DNA of 64,000 nucleotides from positions 31,639 through 95,638 of the forward strand of contig CAILEP010000013.1 of assembly GCA_903833275.1 (NCBI GenBank). Reading direction: 5' to 3'. Made by a program: the position numbers and the translations under genes. Positions 56,038 to 64,000 of this stretch are shown here, one piece after another. Positions within the stretch are counted from its first letter, which is position 1. Each line of letters begins with the position of its first letter. This DNA is from an uncultured Bdellovibrionales bacterium (GTDB lineage Bacteria; Bdellovibrionota; Bdellovibrionia; Bdellovibrionales; UBA1609). The notes under the pieces were generated by a model that was given only the letters and a program-made list of their open reading frames with translations, made no database searches and had not been told where the DNA came from.

Positions 56038-56097
56038 ATTTCGAGGTGTGTAATTTTTCACTCAAAGCTGAATTTTGGCGCTGAATGACCTCGAAAT
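56038..56097. promoter_or_regulatory. 10-bp inverted repeat ATTTCGAGGT-N40-ACCTCGAAAT upstream of a sigma-54-like promoter
   Basis: Perfect arms at 56038-56047 and 56088-56097, 75-135 bp upstream of the -24 element at 56173. Confidence 0.35.
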
Positions 56098-56172
56098 AAG
56101 TCTAGTTCTTAGACAACGACAAAACGTTGTACGAAAAAATTAAATTTTGAATGGGTGTGGCGGCCCTGGTTG

Positions 56173-56188
56173 TGGCACGCAAGCTGCA
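56173..56188 (+). promoter_or_regulatory. Sigma-54-type (-24/-12) promoter candidate
   Basis: TGGCACGCAAGCTGCA matches TGGCACG-N4-TTGCW at all but one -12 position. It ends 45 nt upstream of ATG 56233, the first gene of the + strand string that ends in the giant cytochrome ORF. Confidence 0.6.
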
Positions 56189-56232
56189 CAGTTAGGTCAT
56201 TGTTCGATTCAATTGTCACGTGTGGGGGTTTT

Positions 56233-56898
56233 ATGATTCGCAGCATTCGCGTTTTGGCGATCGTGTCTTGCTTTGGGCTGTTTACAACAGCGTGTGGGGT
56301 CTCAACCAATGGCTTTGAAACTAGCGCGTCGAGTGCAAATGGGTCACAAGCTGTTGTCCCACTCGACCCGATTGCGGCCACCAATAAAGATATCGCGACT
56401 TTAAATACCAGGATTAGTGGCCTCAACACTTCGTTGACCGGCTCGAGCGGTCAACTTGATTTGATTACTTTGCTCAATTTGCAAACTCAGGCGGGCTCTG
56501 GAAGTTCATCAACAAGTAGTAATAAATTGAGTCAAGCGATCGGTAAACTTCTCGACAACTTAGTGGCCGGCGCGACGGCGGTTTATAATCAAATTAAAAC
56601 CACGGGTGTAAATATCCAGACTCGAATCGCGCAGTTGAACCCGGCCGACGCGACTCAAGCGAAAGTGATCGCACAGCTTCAGACATTTCAAACCGACCTC
56701 GTGCAATTTAAAACCCAGGTTGATACTGCCCTTAATAGTCTGGCGGCCAAAATGATCACTCTAGAGGCCAAAGTCGACAGCGACATTGCCAATATGAATT
56801 CATCTAGCCCTCTGACCTGGGTTGTAGAAGTTTATTGGGTCCCGGTGAAGACCCAAATTCAGCAGCACCATGATGCACTAGTGGCGCTTACGCAGTAG
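56233..56898 (+). CDS. Lipoprotein with predicted coiled-coil region, hypothetical
   Basis: The ATG at 56233 is preceded by GTGGGGG. Lipoprotein signal MIRSIRVLAIVSCFGLFTTAC. The mature part is Gln/Leu/Thr-rich and heptad-like. Confidence 0.55.
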   Translation: MIRSIRVLAIVSCFGLFTTACGVSTNGFETSASSANGSQAVVPLDPIAATNKDIATLNTRISGLNTSLTGSSGQLDLITLLNLQTQAGSGSSSTSSNKLSQAIGKLLDNLVAGATAVYNQIKTTGVNIQTRIAQLNPADATQAKVIAQLQTFQTDLVQFKTQVDTALNSLAAKMITLEAKVDSDIANMNSSSPLTWVVEVYWVPVKTQIQQHHDALVALTQ

Positions 56899-56982
56899 AG
56901 GCCCATTCAAAGGTCGATTAATGGCCTTCAGAATTGCGCCGAAGTTGATCGGCCATGCGATTCAATTTACTCTGAACATCAC

Positions 56983-57327
56983 ATGAAAAAGCCAAAGTTA
57001 GCTGTGGTTAAAAAGAGTGGGTCAAAAATGGGTGCGAGAAAAAAAGGTGAGAGCGAAGAGCTCGAGAACTCTGAAGAGCAAACGACTACCGGTGTAAATG
57101 CCTTGCCGATAAGGACCGACCCGTTTGCTAGGTCACTTAACAAATCAAAAGCCGGCAAAAACGCAACGGCTCATTTTAAAACAGACCGACGCACAGAAGA
57201 GCGACCCGAAACGTCGGGTCGGCGGCATTTTTTGAGGCCGTCGGCTGGTTTGAAGCGCCGCGGGTACATTATCGCTGCAGTTTTACTTGTGGCCATTATT
57301 GCTATTTGTACTTGGCTACTGAAATAA
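56983..57327 (+). CDS. Small basic protein with C-terminal TM helix, hypothetical
   Basis: 114 aa with a Lys/Arg-rich N-terminal part and the C-terminal helix YIIAAVLLVAIIAICTWLL. Confidence 0.4.
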   Translation: MKKPKLAVVKKSGSKMGARKKGESEELENSEEQTTTGVNALPIRTDPFARSLNKSKAGKNATAHFKTDRRTEERPETSGRRHFLRPSAGLKRRGYIIAAVLLVAIIAICTWLLK

Positions 57328-57427
57328 ATTTGTATTTTGAAAAAGTGTCTCAATTTGGGAATTTGAGTTTAATAGCCCTTTTGAAAATGCCGATAAGTAT
57401 CACATAGAAAACAAGCAGTTAAACCGC

Positions 57428-60400
57428 ATTAAGAAAAGAATCTTGGCCATCGTTATTGCGACCATGGCATTGCCGTTTATTTTTCAAGCCTGCGGCGTAA
57501 AACAACCAACGGTTGATCGCAATCTATCGTCTGCCGGCTATAGCCATTCGGGCAACGAGACAAACTGTTCGATGTGCCACGAAGGTCAACGCCCAAGTTC
57601 CACGCTATCGTTTAGCAATTTAAATTTTAATTCGTTGCCCTTTGATTACACAACACATGGTGCGGGTTTTGATTGTTACGAGTGCCATGCCAATAACACG
57701 ATGGGTTTTCGCGCACCGGCCGAATGGGCCAACGGGCGCTACAAGCATCCGGCGTCGCTGACAAAGTGTGCGACCTGCCATACTCCGCAACGGCCGGTGA
57801 ATTCTGTGGGGCCGAACACTTACACCGCTGTGGCATTTGTTCATTCGGTGAGCGGGCTTGGCGACTGTGCTGGTTGTCACCAGGCGACAATGGCCACGCA
57901 ATTTGCTTCGCTGGCAGATTGGCAAGGTGGGGCTGGGGCGCCTGCGATTTTAAAATTTGATGTTCGAAATAGTATTTCGGTGAACGAACAAATACCGACT
58001 TACTCGGCGACCAGCATTTCAATTCTGACGCCGCAAACGCAAGTGATCCCGATGAACATGAGCCACGCATCGGCGCAAATACCTCAGTCGGTCATTAACA
58101 ACTGCGTGCTTTGCCACGTGAGCGCTTATGCGACCCCACCGAGTTATTACCCTGGGGTTTTTCACGCCGCTATCGGCACCCAGCCATCAACTTGTGTCGA
58201 TTGCCATCGTGTAGTCGACATGCCGGTTGGTTTTGTTGGCACCACAAACGTCGGCCGCAACCCGGCGGGCCCTGAAATGAAACATGACGCCGTTGTGTGG
58301 TCGAAAAATTTGAGCGGCAGTTATGCGGCGACCAGTTCGGCCCTCGTTACCAATGATTGCAATGTCTGTCACCAGGTGCCGACCAACACTTCGCTCGGTG
58401 AGGCGTCGTGGCGCGTACCGACCACTGCGATCAGCGGCGGGAGTGTTTTTTATCACGCGTCGCTTGCGGCCAAAGGTCTCTCGCAACCGACTTCGTGTTT
58501 AGATTGCCACGCCAACAGCATGATCGCCGGGCCGCAACCAGCGGTGGCCTTGAACACGACTGTCATGCGCTTTGACCATTCTTGGAGTGTGTTGGGCAGT
58601 GGTGATTGCGTCACCTGTCACACGGCGCCGACGACTTTGGCGCAGACATCTTCTTTACTCGCCACTCCGTGGGTGGGCGGTGTTTTTCACCAACCGGCGA
58701 TCGATGCAACGTTGACGAGATGTGATTCTTGTCACGATGTTGCGGGCCGTTCGCAACGACCGACGGGCACCAGTTTGACAACTCCAAATGGCGTCGTTAA
58801 TAATTTCACCGCGTACAACGCGGCCGTCGCCCCTTTTGATACCTCAACACACGGCGCGCCACTTGATTGCATCGTCTGTCACGCGGCGACTGTGACCAAA
58901 TCGTCGGTCGCCAATTGGGCGGGCGGCAATTTCTATCATTTGGCTGCGAACACCGCGGGCACATTGACCTCATGTGTAGGCTGCCACGAAAGCGAGAGAC
59001 CGCTTTTAACCGTTGGCCCTAATGCTTTAATCGGTTCGGCGTTTAGTCATTTAACAAGTGGGCAGGGTGATTGCGTCGCCTGTCACCGCGCGACCGTTGT
59101 CGGCGGCACTGTTAATGATGGGCTGGGGCCGGTTTTGATCACCGGGGGTAAATTTGCAAAGTACAACACGACCAACACCACCACATGGGGCGATACTGAT
59201 TGGTATGGTGGGGTCACTTATAACCCGACCGGTCTTATGGGCCCGAACCCTGACCCCAATACTCCGCCGACTACGATTTCAGCAATTCAGTTGAGCTCGA
59301 ACACGGCCAATCTTTCGCAAATTACGACGAGCATAAACACTCAAACTCTCATTGGCCAAATGAGGCACACGTCAATTCAGGTGCCAGCCGTATTTTTTAC
59401 CGGCGCGAATTTGACCACCGCCAGCCCAGATGGTTCTTGCGCTGGCGCTTATTGCTGTTCGACTTGCCATACAAATTTGAAAGCGGCAGTGCCGGCTTTT
59501 GTGCCAGGCATTTTTCACGCAACTCTTACCGCTAATTCTTTGACGGCACCAACCGCGTGCCAAGATTGCCACGTCAATACAACTCCGAAAGATATCGTTG
59601 GGGCCGCGCCGCTACTCGCACCAATGGACCACGCCGCCGCTTTGTCGGGGGGCGGTTCTGCTGCTGCGAGCTTTGATTGTTTTGCCTGCCATAGTGCGAG
59701 CCCTCAAGGCCCACCCAATACATTTGGTGGTGGAACATTTCATGCGAACTTGAGCGGGCAGAACCCAAATAATTGCACGACCTGCCACTTTACGTCTTTG
59801 CCAACCGGGCTTTTTGCGCCGGTGCCCAATTATTCTCTAGCTTCAGCTTATGTAACGGGCATGAGGCACACGTCGACATTTGTCGCTGGTGATTGCGCCG
59901 CTTGCCATGCGCTTTCGAATATTTCAACATTGCCGGTCGTGACTTCAAGTTGGACGGGCGGTTTGTTTCATAAAAACACTTTGCCGAACGGTCTGACCTC
60001 ATGCAGTGATTGTCACACCACTAAGCCTTCGGGCTATGCGCAAAGTCTCAACGACACTCAGCACATGAATCACTCATCAACCAATGTCGGCAATGATTGC
60101 GCGATTTGCCATCAGGCTGAGTTGGTTATTGGTGCAACCCCGAATTCGTGGAGCCGATCGGCCCTCTTTCACACCGCCGTCCCGACCCCCGCTAGCTGTC
60201 GAGAGTGTCATGGCCTTAGTAACGGCGGCGGGGCCGTCGTTGGCACTAACAATGATTTGCCGGGCGTGGCGAATTACGGCGCGACGCTAATTAATTCAGG
60301 GACTTTAACCACATCGCCTGTGGCCGTGGCCGGCACCTATGATAAAATCGATCACACTGAAATTGATGTTGCCGGTCGAGATTGCAATTACTGTCACACG

Positions 60401-63400
60401 ACAGCGGGTATGGCGGCCAATGCGGGCGTCAAGTGGAAGTCGGCTTCGTTTCACGTTCAATTTTCTTCGAATACGCAAATCACTGGCCGTTGCGATTCTT
60501 GCCATATTGGTTTGAAGCCGACAGTTGTAGTCAATGGTGAAGATCACAGTCAGCTCGGTACAACCGATTGCAACTCATGCCACAATTATCCCGGCACGGG
60601 CATTGTCGGCGGCAGTGGTTCTTCGGCACCAAACTGGTTGGGCGCGACTTCATTGCCGACAACTTTAAAAACGGATTTGAATAAGAGTGTCGTATTGGTT
60701 GTGCAAATCCCGACCTATAATAGTACGTCGATATCATTATTGACCCCGCAGCCCGATGTTATCGCCATGAACATGAATCACTCGACAACCCAGGTGCCGC
60801 GCGCCAACCTCGATGATTGCATCATTTGTCATGCCGGTGCTTTTTCAAAACCGGCGAATTATACGGGCGGGGTATTTCATAATTCGTTGACCGCCGCAAC
60901 CTTGGCGCAGCCGACAACTTGTAGCGAGTGTCATGCGACTACCGATATGCCCATCGGTTTTATCGGCCCCACCGATTCAACTCGCACCCCCGCGGGCCCC
61001 GAGATGAAACACAACGCCGTTGTTTGGCAGAAGAATATCACCAGCGGTGTTTTCGCAGCGACAGCCACCCCGATGGTCGCCAACGACTGCGTCGTTTGCC
61101 ACCAAGTGCCGACCGCCTCACCGGGCAGTGGTAATGGTTGGAATATCCCGCCTGCTGCAATTAGTGCGGGCGCTGTTGCGTACTATCACGCGTCACTCGG
61201 CAACTCGAGCGTGGCGCAACCGGCTTCGTGTTTAGATTGCCACGCCAATAGCCGACCTGTTACGCCCGTTACAGGTACACTTTCGAACTTCGATCATTCG
61301 GCGACAATCGCCGGCATGGGCGATTGTAATGCTTGTCACGCGACGCCCACATCGGTGGCGCAAGTGACAGCTCTCAAACCGTGGTCGGGCGGAGTCTTTC
61401 ATTCGGTCGCGATTAACGCGACACTCACGTCTTGTAACTCATGCCACAATTCGCAGAGACCTACGGCTGCGACTTTTACAACTTCAGGCGGAGTGACGAC
61501 GGCCTTCACCGCCTACAACGCGGCCGTGAAACCATTTGATCTTGCGTCTCATGGCGGCGCTTTAGACTGCAAAGTTTGTCATACGCCAGGCACGTACACA
61601 GGTGCCGCGAGCTGGGCCGGCGGGGCCTTCGATCACTTGGCCGCCAACACGGCGGGCACTCTCACATCATGCTCAAACTGTCATACGACACAACGGCCAG
61701 CTGGCACGGTTGGCCCCAATGCTCTCATTAATTATGCATTCAATCACACGTTAAACGGGTCAGGCGATTGTATCGCTTGTCACCGCGCTTCGGTTGTTGG
61801 CGGCACGGTGAATGATGGCAATGGTAATATTATTATTTCAGCCGGTGGGCATTTCGCTAATTACGCGACGGCAAACGGGGCCGCTTGGGGCGATAGCGAT
61901 TGGTATGGCGGCGAAACTTATGACTCTATTGCGCTGATGGGCCCGAACCCGGCGCTGACGCCGCTTTCGATTACGGCATTGCATCTCAGTTCGGTCAGTG
62001 CGCCGCTTTCGCAGATCTCAGTCACCAGCAATACCCAAACTTTTGCCGGCCAGATGATGCATACGTCGACAGCGGTGCCGTCCGTTTTCTTTACCGGCGC
62101 GAACTTAACAACGGCCAACTCCAACGGCACTTGCGCGGGGGCGTATTGTTGTTCGACCTGTCATGCGAATTTAACGAACGCTACTCCGGCTTACTTGCCC
62201 GGTGTATTTCACGCGACAATTACAGCCCATGCGCTGCCGTCGGTGACGAAGTGCAAAGACTGTCACATTAATACGGCCCCAAAAGATATCGTCGGGGTGG
62301 GTAGCCCGAGTTTGCCGTTAACTATTGGGCTCACGACGCCGATGGATCACGCGGCTTTGCTCTCGGGCGGTGGCACGGCGTACTCTTCGTTTGATTGTTA
62401 CACTTGTCACGCGGCCAGCACGCAGGGCCCGCCGAATACTTTTAGTGGCGGTAAATTTCATGCAAGTCTTGGCGCCCAAACCCCGAGTAACTGCACGACT
62501 TGCCATTTTACGACTTTGCCGATCGGTACGTTTGCGCCGTTGCCGCTCTACCCGGCGGCGACCACTTTCGTGAGTGGCTTTAAACATTCGTCGGCTTTTG
62601 TTTCGGGCGATTGTTCTTCTTGTCATACGCTGACTAATATTAGTTCGTTGCCAGTGGCCACTACTTCTTGGGCCGGCGGCCATTTTCACAAAACAAATGG
62701 CCCCGTTGGCATTACGTCTTGCACCGAGTGTCACTCGTCGGCGCCTTCAAGTGTGACGATGAGCTCGAACGATTCGCAGCACATGGATCACACTGCAGTG
62801 TCGGCCTTGTATGACTGCGCGGTTTGCCACACGGGTGATTTAGTGGCGGGTACAACCCCCACCGCGTGGAACAAACTAACAAAGTTTCACACCATCGCGC
62901 CTAACCCAGCGACTTGCCAAGAATGTCATGGCCTTGCCAACGGCAGTTTAGTAGCTGGCAATGGCAATGATATACCGGGCGTTCTTAATTATGGTTCTAA
63001 CGTTGTTAGCACGGATTCGATCACAACTTCGTCGGTGGCACCAGCCAGTACGCATGATAAAATAGATCATGCGGTAGTTGATGTCGGCAGCCAAGATTGC
63101 AACTTCTGTCACACGGTCGTGGGCATGACCGCCGGTGGCGGGGTTAAATGGATGGCGGCAAAGTTTCATGCGAAGTTTGCGTCAAATGCGCAAATTCTCG
63201 AGCGTTGCGATTCTTGCCACACGAATTTGAAGCCGACAGTTATTGTCGGTGGTGAAGATCACAGTTTGATCGGCACTCAAGATTGCGCGAAATGCCATAT
63301 GTACCCGGGCACCGGTGCGGTCGGCGGGGCGGGCGCGACGGCGCCAAATTGGTTGGGCGCAGTGGCTGTGCCGACGACCCCGAAATTTGATGCGACGAAA

Positions 63401-64000
63401 TCAGTGCCAATCACAGTGCAGGTGCCAACTTACGTCAGCACTTCGATCACGGTGGTAACACCGCTGGCCGCGAGCATCCCGATGAACATGAATCACCAAA
63501 CGACGCAAATTAGCACGGCCAACATGGCGACTTGCTCAACATGCCACGCGGGTTATGTCACTGACAATTACACCGGTGGAGTCTTGCACGCTTCGCTCGC
63601 CGCAGCAGGCATTGCGCAACCTGTGACCTGTGCCGAATGTCACACCTTCGGCAATTTGCCGTCGGGGTTTATGGGCGCCTTTGGGCCGACGTTAACACCG
63701 CGAGTGCCGCCTTCGCCTGAAATGATTCACAATGCGGTGACTTGGGTTGCGAACACCGCCGGAACTTACGTTAAGTCGGCAACAAGTATCGTCACCACAG
63801 ATTGTTCTTCGTGCCATTTGGTGCCGACCACTCCGCCAGCTAGTGGCAATGGTTGGAGCAAATCGATTGCGACTCTTGCAAGCACTGTCACGTCATATTA
63901 TCACCCGTCGCTTTCGGCGAAAGCGTTAGCACAGCCGACCTCATGCTTAGATTGCCACGCCAACAGTCGACCGAGCGGCGCGATCACCGGCACACTCACG
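57428..64000 (+). CDS. Giant multihaem c-type cytochrome-like lipoprotein (partial; continues beyond window end)
   Basis: I translated this frame by hand (codon starts at 57341, 57344 and so on). There are no stop codons from 57341 to 64000. It contains 48 CxxCH motifs, the first at 57566-57580 and the last at 63944-63958. N-terminal lipoprotein-type signal KKRILAIVIATMALPFIFQAC. It is absent from the ORF track because it has no stop in the window. The start is tentative: ATT 57428, TTG 57443, or the first ATG at 57464. Confidence 0.85.
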   Translation, partial: MKKRILAIVIATMALPFIFQACGVKQPTVDRNLSSAGYSHSGNETNCSMCHEGQRPSSTLSFSNLNFNSLPFDYTTHGAGFDCYECHANNTMGFRAPAEWANGRYKHPASLTKCATCHTPQRPVNSVGPNTYTAVAFVHSVSGLGDCAGCHQATMATQFASLADWQGGAGAPAILKFDVRNSISVNEQIPTYSATSISILTPQTQVIPMNMSHASAQIPQSVINNCVLCHVSAYATPPSYYPGVFHAAIGTQPSTCVDCHRVVDMPVGFVGTTNVGRNPAGPEMKHDAVVWSKNLSGSYAATSSALVTNDCNVCHQVPTNTSLGEASWRVPTTAISGGSVFYHASLAAKGLSQPTSCLDCHANSMIAGPQPAVALNTTVMRFDHSWSVLGSGDCVTCHTAPTTLAQTSSLLATPWVGGVFHQPAIDATLTRCDSCHDVAGRSQRPTGTSLTTPNGVVNNFTAYNAAVAPFDTSTHGAPLDCIVCHAATVTKSSVANWAGGNFYHLAANTAGTLTSCVGCHESERPLLTVGPNALIGSAFSHLTSGQGDCVACHRATVVGGTVNDGLGPVLITGGKFAKYNTTNTTTWGDTDWYGGVTYNPTGLMGPNPDPNTPPTTISAIQLSSNTANLSQITTSINTQTLIGQMRHTSIQVPAVFFTGANLTTASPDGSCAGAYCCSTCHTNLKAAVPAFVPGIFHATLTANSLTAPTACQDCHVNTTPKDIVGAAPLLAPMDHAAALSGGGSAAASFDCFACHSASPQGPPNTFGGGTFHANLSGQNPNNCTTCHFTSLPTGLFAPVPNYSLASAYVTGMRHTSTFVAGDCAACHALSNISTLPVVTSSWTGGLFHKNTLPNGLTSCSDCHTTKPSGYAQSLNDTQHMNHSSTNVGNDCAICHQAELVIGATPNSWSRSALFHTAVPTPASCRECHGLSNGGGAVVGTNNDLPGVANYGATLINSGTLTTSPVAVAGTYDKIDHTEIDVAGRDCNYCHTTAGMAANAGVKWKSASFHVQFSSNTQITGRCDSCHIGLKPTVVVNGEDHSQLGTTDCNSCHNYPGTGIVGGSGSSAPNWLGATSLPTTLKTDLNKSVVLVVQIPTYNSTSISLLTPQPDVIAMNMNHSTTQVPRANLDDCIICHAGAFSKPANYTGGVFHNSLTAATLAQPTTCSECHATTDMPIGFIGPTDSTRTPAGPEMKHNAVVWQKNITSGVFAATATPMVANDCVVCHQVPTASPGSGNGWNIPPAAISAGAVAYYHASLGNSSVAQPASCLDCHANSRPVTPVTGTLSNFDHSATIAGMGDCNACHATPTSVAQVTALKPWSGGVFHSVAINATLTSCNSCHNSQRPTAATFTTSGGVTTAFTAYNAAVKPFDLASHGGALDCKVCHTPGTYTGAASWAGGAFDHLAANTAGTLTSCSNCHTTQRPAGTVGPNALINYAFNHTLNGSGDCIACHRASVVGGTVNDGNGNIIISAGGHFANYATANGAAWGDSDWYGGETYDSIALMGPNPALTPLSITALHLSSVSAPLSQISVTSNTQTFAGQMMHTSTAVPSVFFTGANLTTANSNGTCAGAYCCSTCHANLTNATPAYLPGVFHATITAHALPSVTKCKDCHINTAPKDIVGVGSPSLPLTIGLTTPMDHAALLSGGGTAYSSFDCYTCHAASTQGPPNTFSGGKFHASLGAQTPSNCTTCHFTTLPIGTFAPLPLYPAATTFVSGFKHSSAFVSGDCSSCHTLTNISSLPVATTSWAGGHFHKTNGPVGITSCTECHSSAPSSVTMSSNDSQHMDHTAVSALYDCAVCHTGDLVAGTTPTAWNKLTKFHTIAPNPATCQECHGLANGSLVAGNGNDIPGVLNYGSNVVSTDSITTSSVAPASTHDKIDHAVVDVGSQDCNFCHTVVGMTAGGGVKWMAAKFHAKFASNAQILERCDSCHTNLKPTVIVGGEDHSLIGTQDCAKCHMYPGTGAVGGAGATAPNWLGAVAVPTTPKFDATKSVPITVQVPTYVSTSITVVTPLAASIPMNMNHQTTQISTANMATCSTCHAGYVTDNYTGGVLHASLAAAGIAQPVTCAECHTFGNLPSGFMGAFGPTLTPRVPPSPEMIHNAVTWVANTAGTYVKSATSIVTTDCSSCHLVPTTPPASGNGWSKSIATLASTVTSYYHPSLSAKALAQPTSCLDCHANSRPSGAITGTLT
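58052..64000 (+). repeat. Intragenic 2,715-bp (905-codon) tandem super-repeat: two full copies, a partial third, and a tail fragment N-terminal to them
   Basis: The anchor motif PMNM(S/N)H starts at 58052, 60767 and 63482, each 2,715 bp apart. The following CxxCH motifs at 58103, 60818 and 63533 are also exactly 2,715 bp apart. Each full unit has 20 CxxCH motifs. The copies have diverged, with roughly half to two-thirds of residues identical by eye. Confidence 0.9.

Noticed and set aside
57620-63169. Many short minus- and + strand ORFs listed by the track across 57.6-63.9 kb (for example 57627-58070, 58187-48486, 62318-62734)
   Set aside because: All are out of frame with, or antisense to, the single uninterrupted + strand frame bearing 48 CxxCH motifs. 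Their Arg/Cys/His-rich translations are mirror images of the repeated TGCCAC/TGTCAC codons.
1-64000. Search for CRISPR arrays, tRNA/rRNA genes, transposases, integrases or prophage modules
   Set aside because: I recognised none. The only short tandem repeats are 2-3 copies long (40150-40173 and 41774-41809). All long intergenic regions are accounted for as promoter or terminator spacers. I cannot run tRNA or ncRNA covariance models, so small RNAs may have been missed.

Overview
The window reads as chromosomal DNA from a Gram-negative bacterium. Many secreted S8/S1 proteases, LysM and TIGR02147-like proteins hint at a Bdellovibrionota-like lineage, but that is inference only. Most of it is densely packed housekeeping and envelope genes: an rsmB-like methyltransferase, a TPR-TamB-BamA operon, efp, ruvCAB, lpxC, ald, a split comEC, dprA, lptF/G, trxA, mreCD-mrdA-rodA, a ppiD-like PPIase and rpsD. 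I recognised no rRNA, tRNA, CRISPR array, transposase or integrase.

Three regions stand out.

1. From about 57.4 kb to the window end, the + strand carries one uninterrupted reading frame of more than 2,190 codons. The supplied ORF track omits it because it has no stop codon in the window. It encodes a lipoprotein-like polypeptide with 48 CxxCH haem-binding motifs. These are organised as di-haem modules nested in an exact 905-codon super-repeat. A sigma-54-type promoter lies upstream of the gene string.

2. At 49.6-54.1 kb, a tightly packed minus-strand operon looks like a split class-IV-like lanthipeptide system.
   - It has a lyase-kinase ORF and a separate LanC cyclase that keeps its zinc ligands.
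   - It has a candidate 132-aa precursor ending in a Cys/Ser/Thr-rich core.
   - It also carries a degenerate FMN-adenylyltransferase-like protein and a DUF2807-like secreted protein.
   - It has its own sigma-54-type promoter.

3. At 36.5-38.4 kb, a secreted S8 subtilase is joined through a single TM helix to a cytoplasmic PilZ domain.

A second S8 protease gene has a third sigma-54-type promoter with three 12-bp tandem repeats upstream. All functional calls come from by-eye motif recognition and need HMM or BLAST confirmation.
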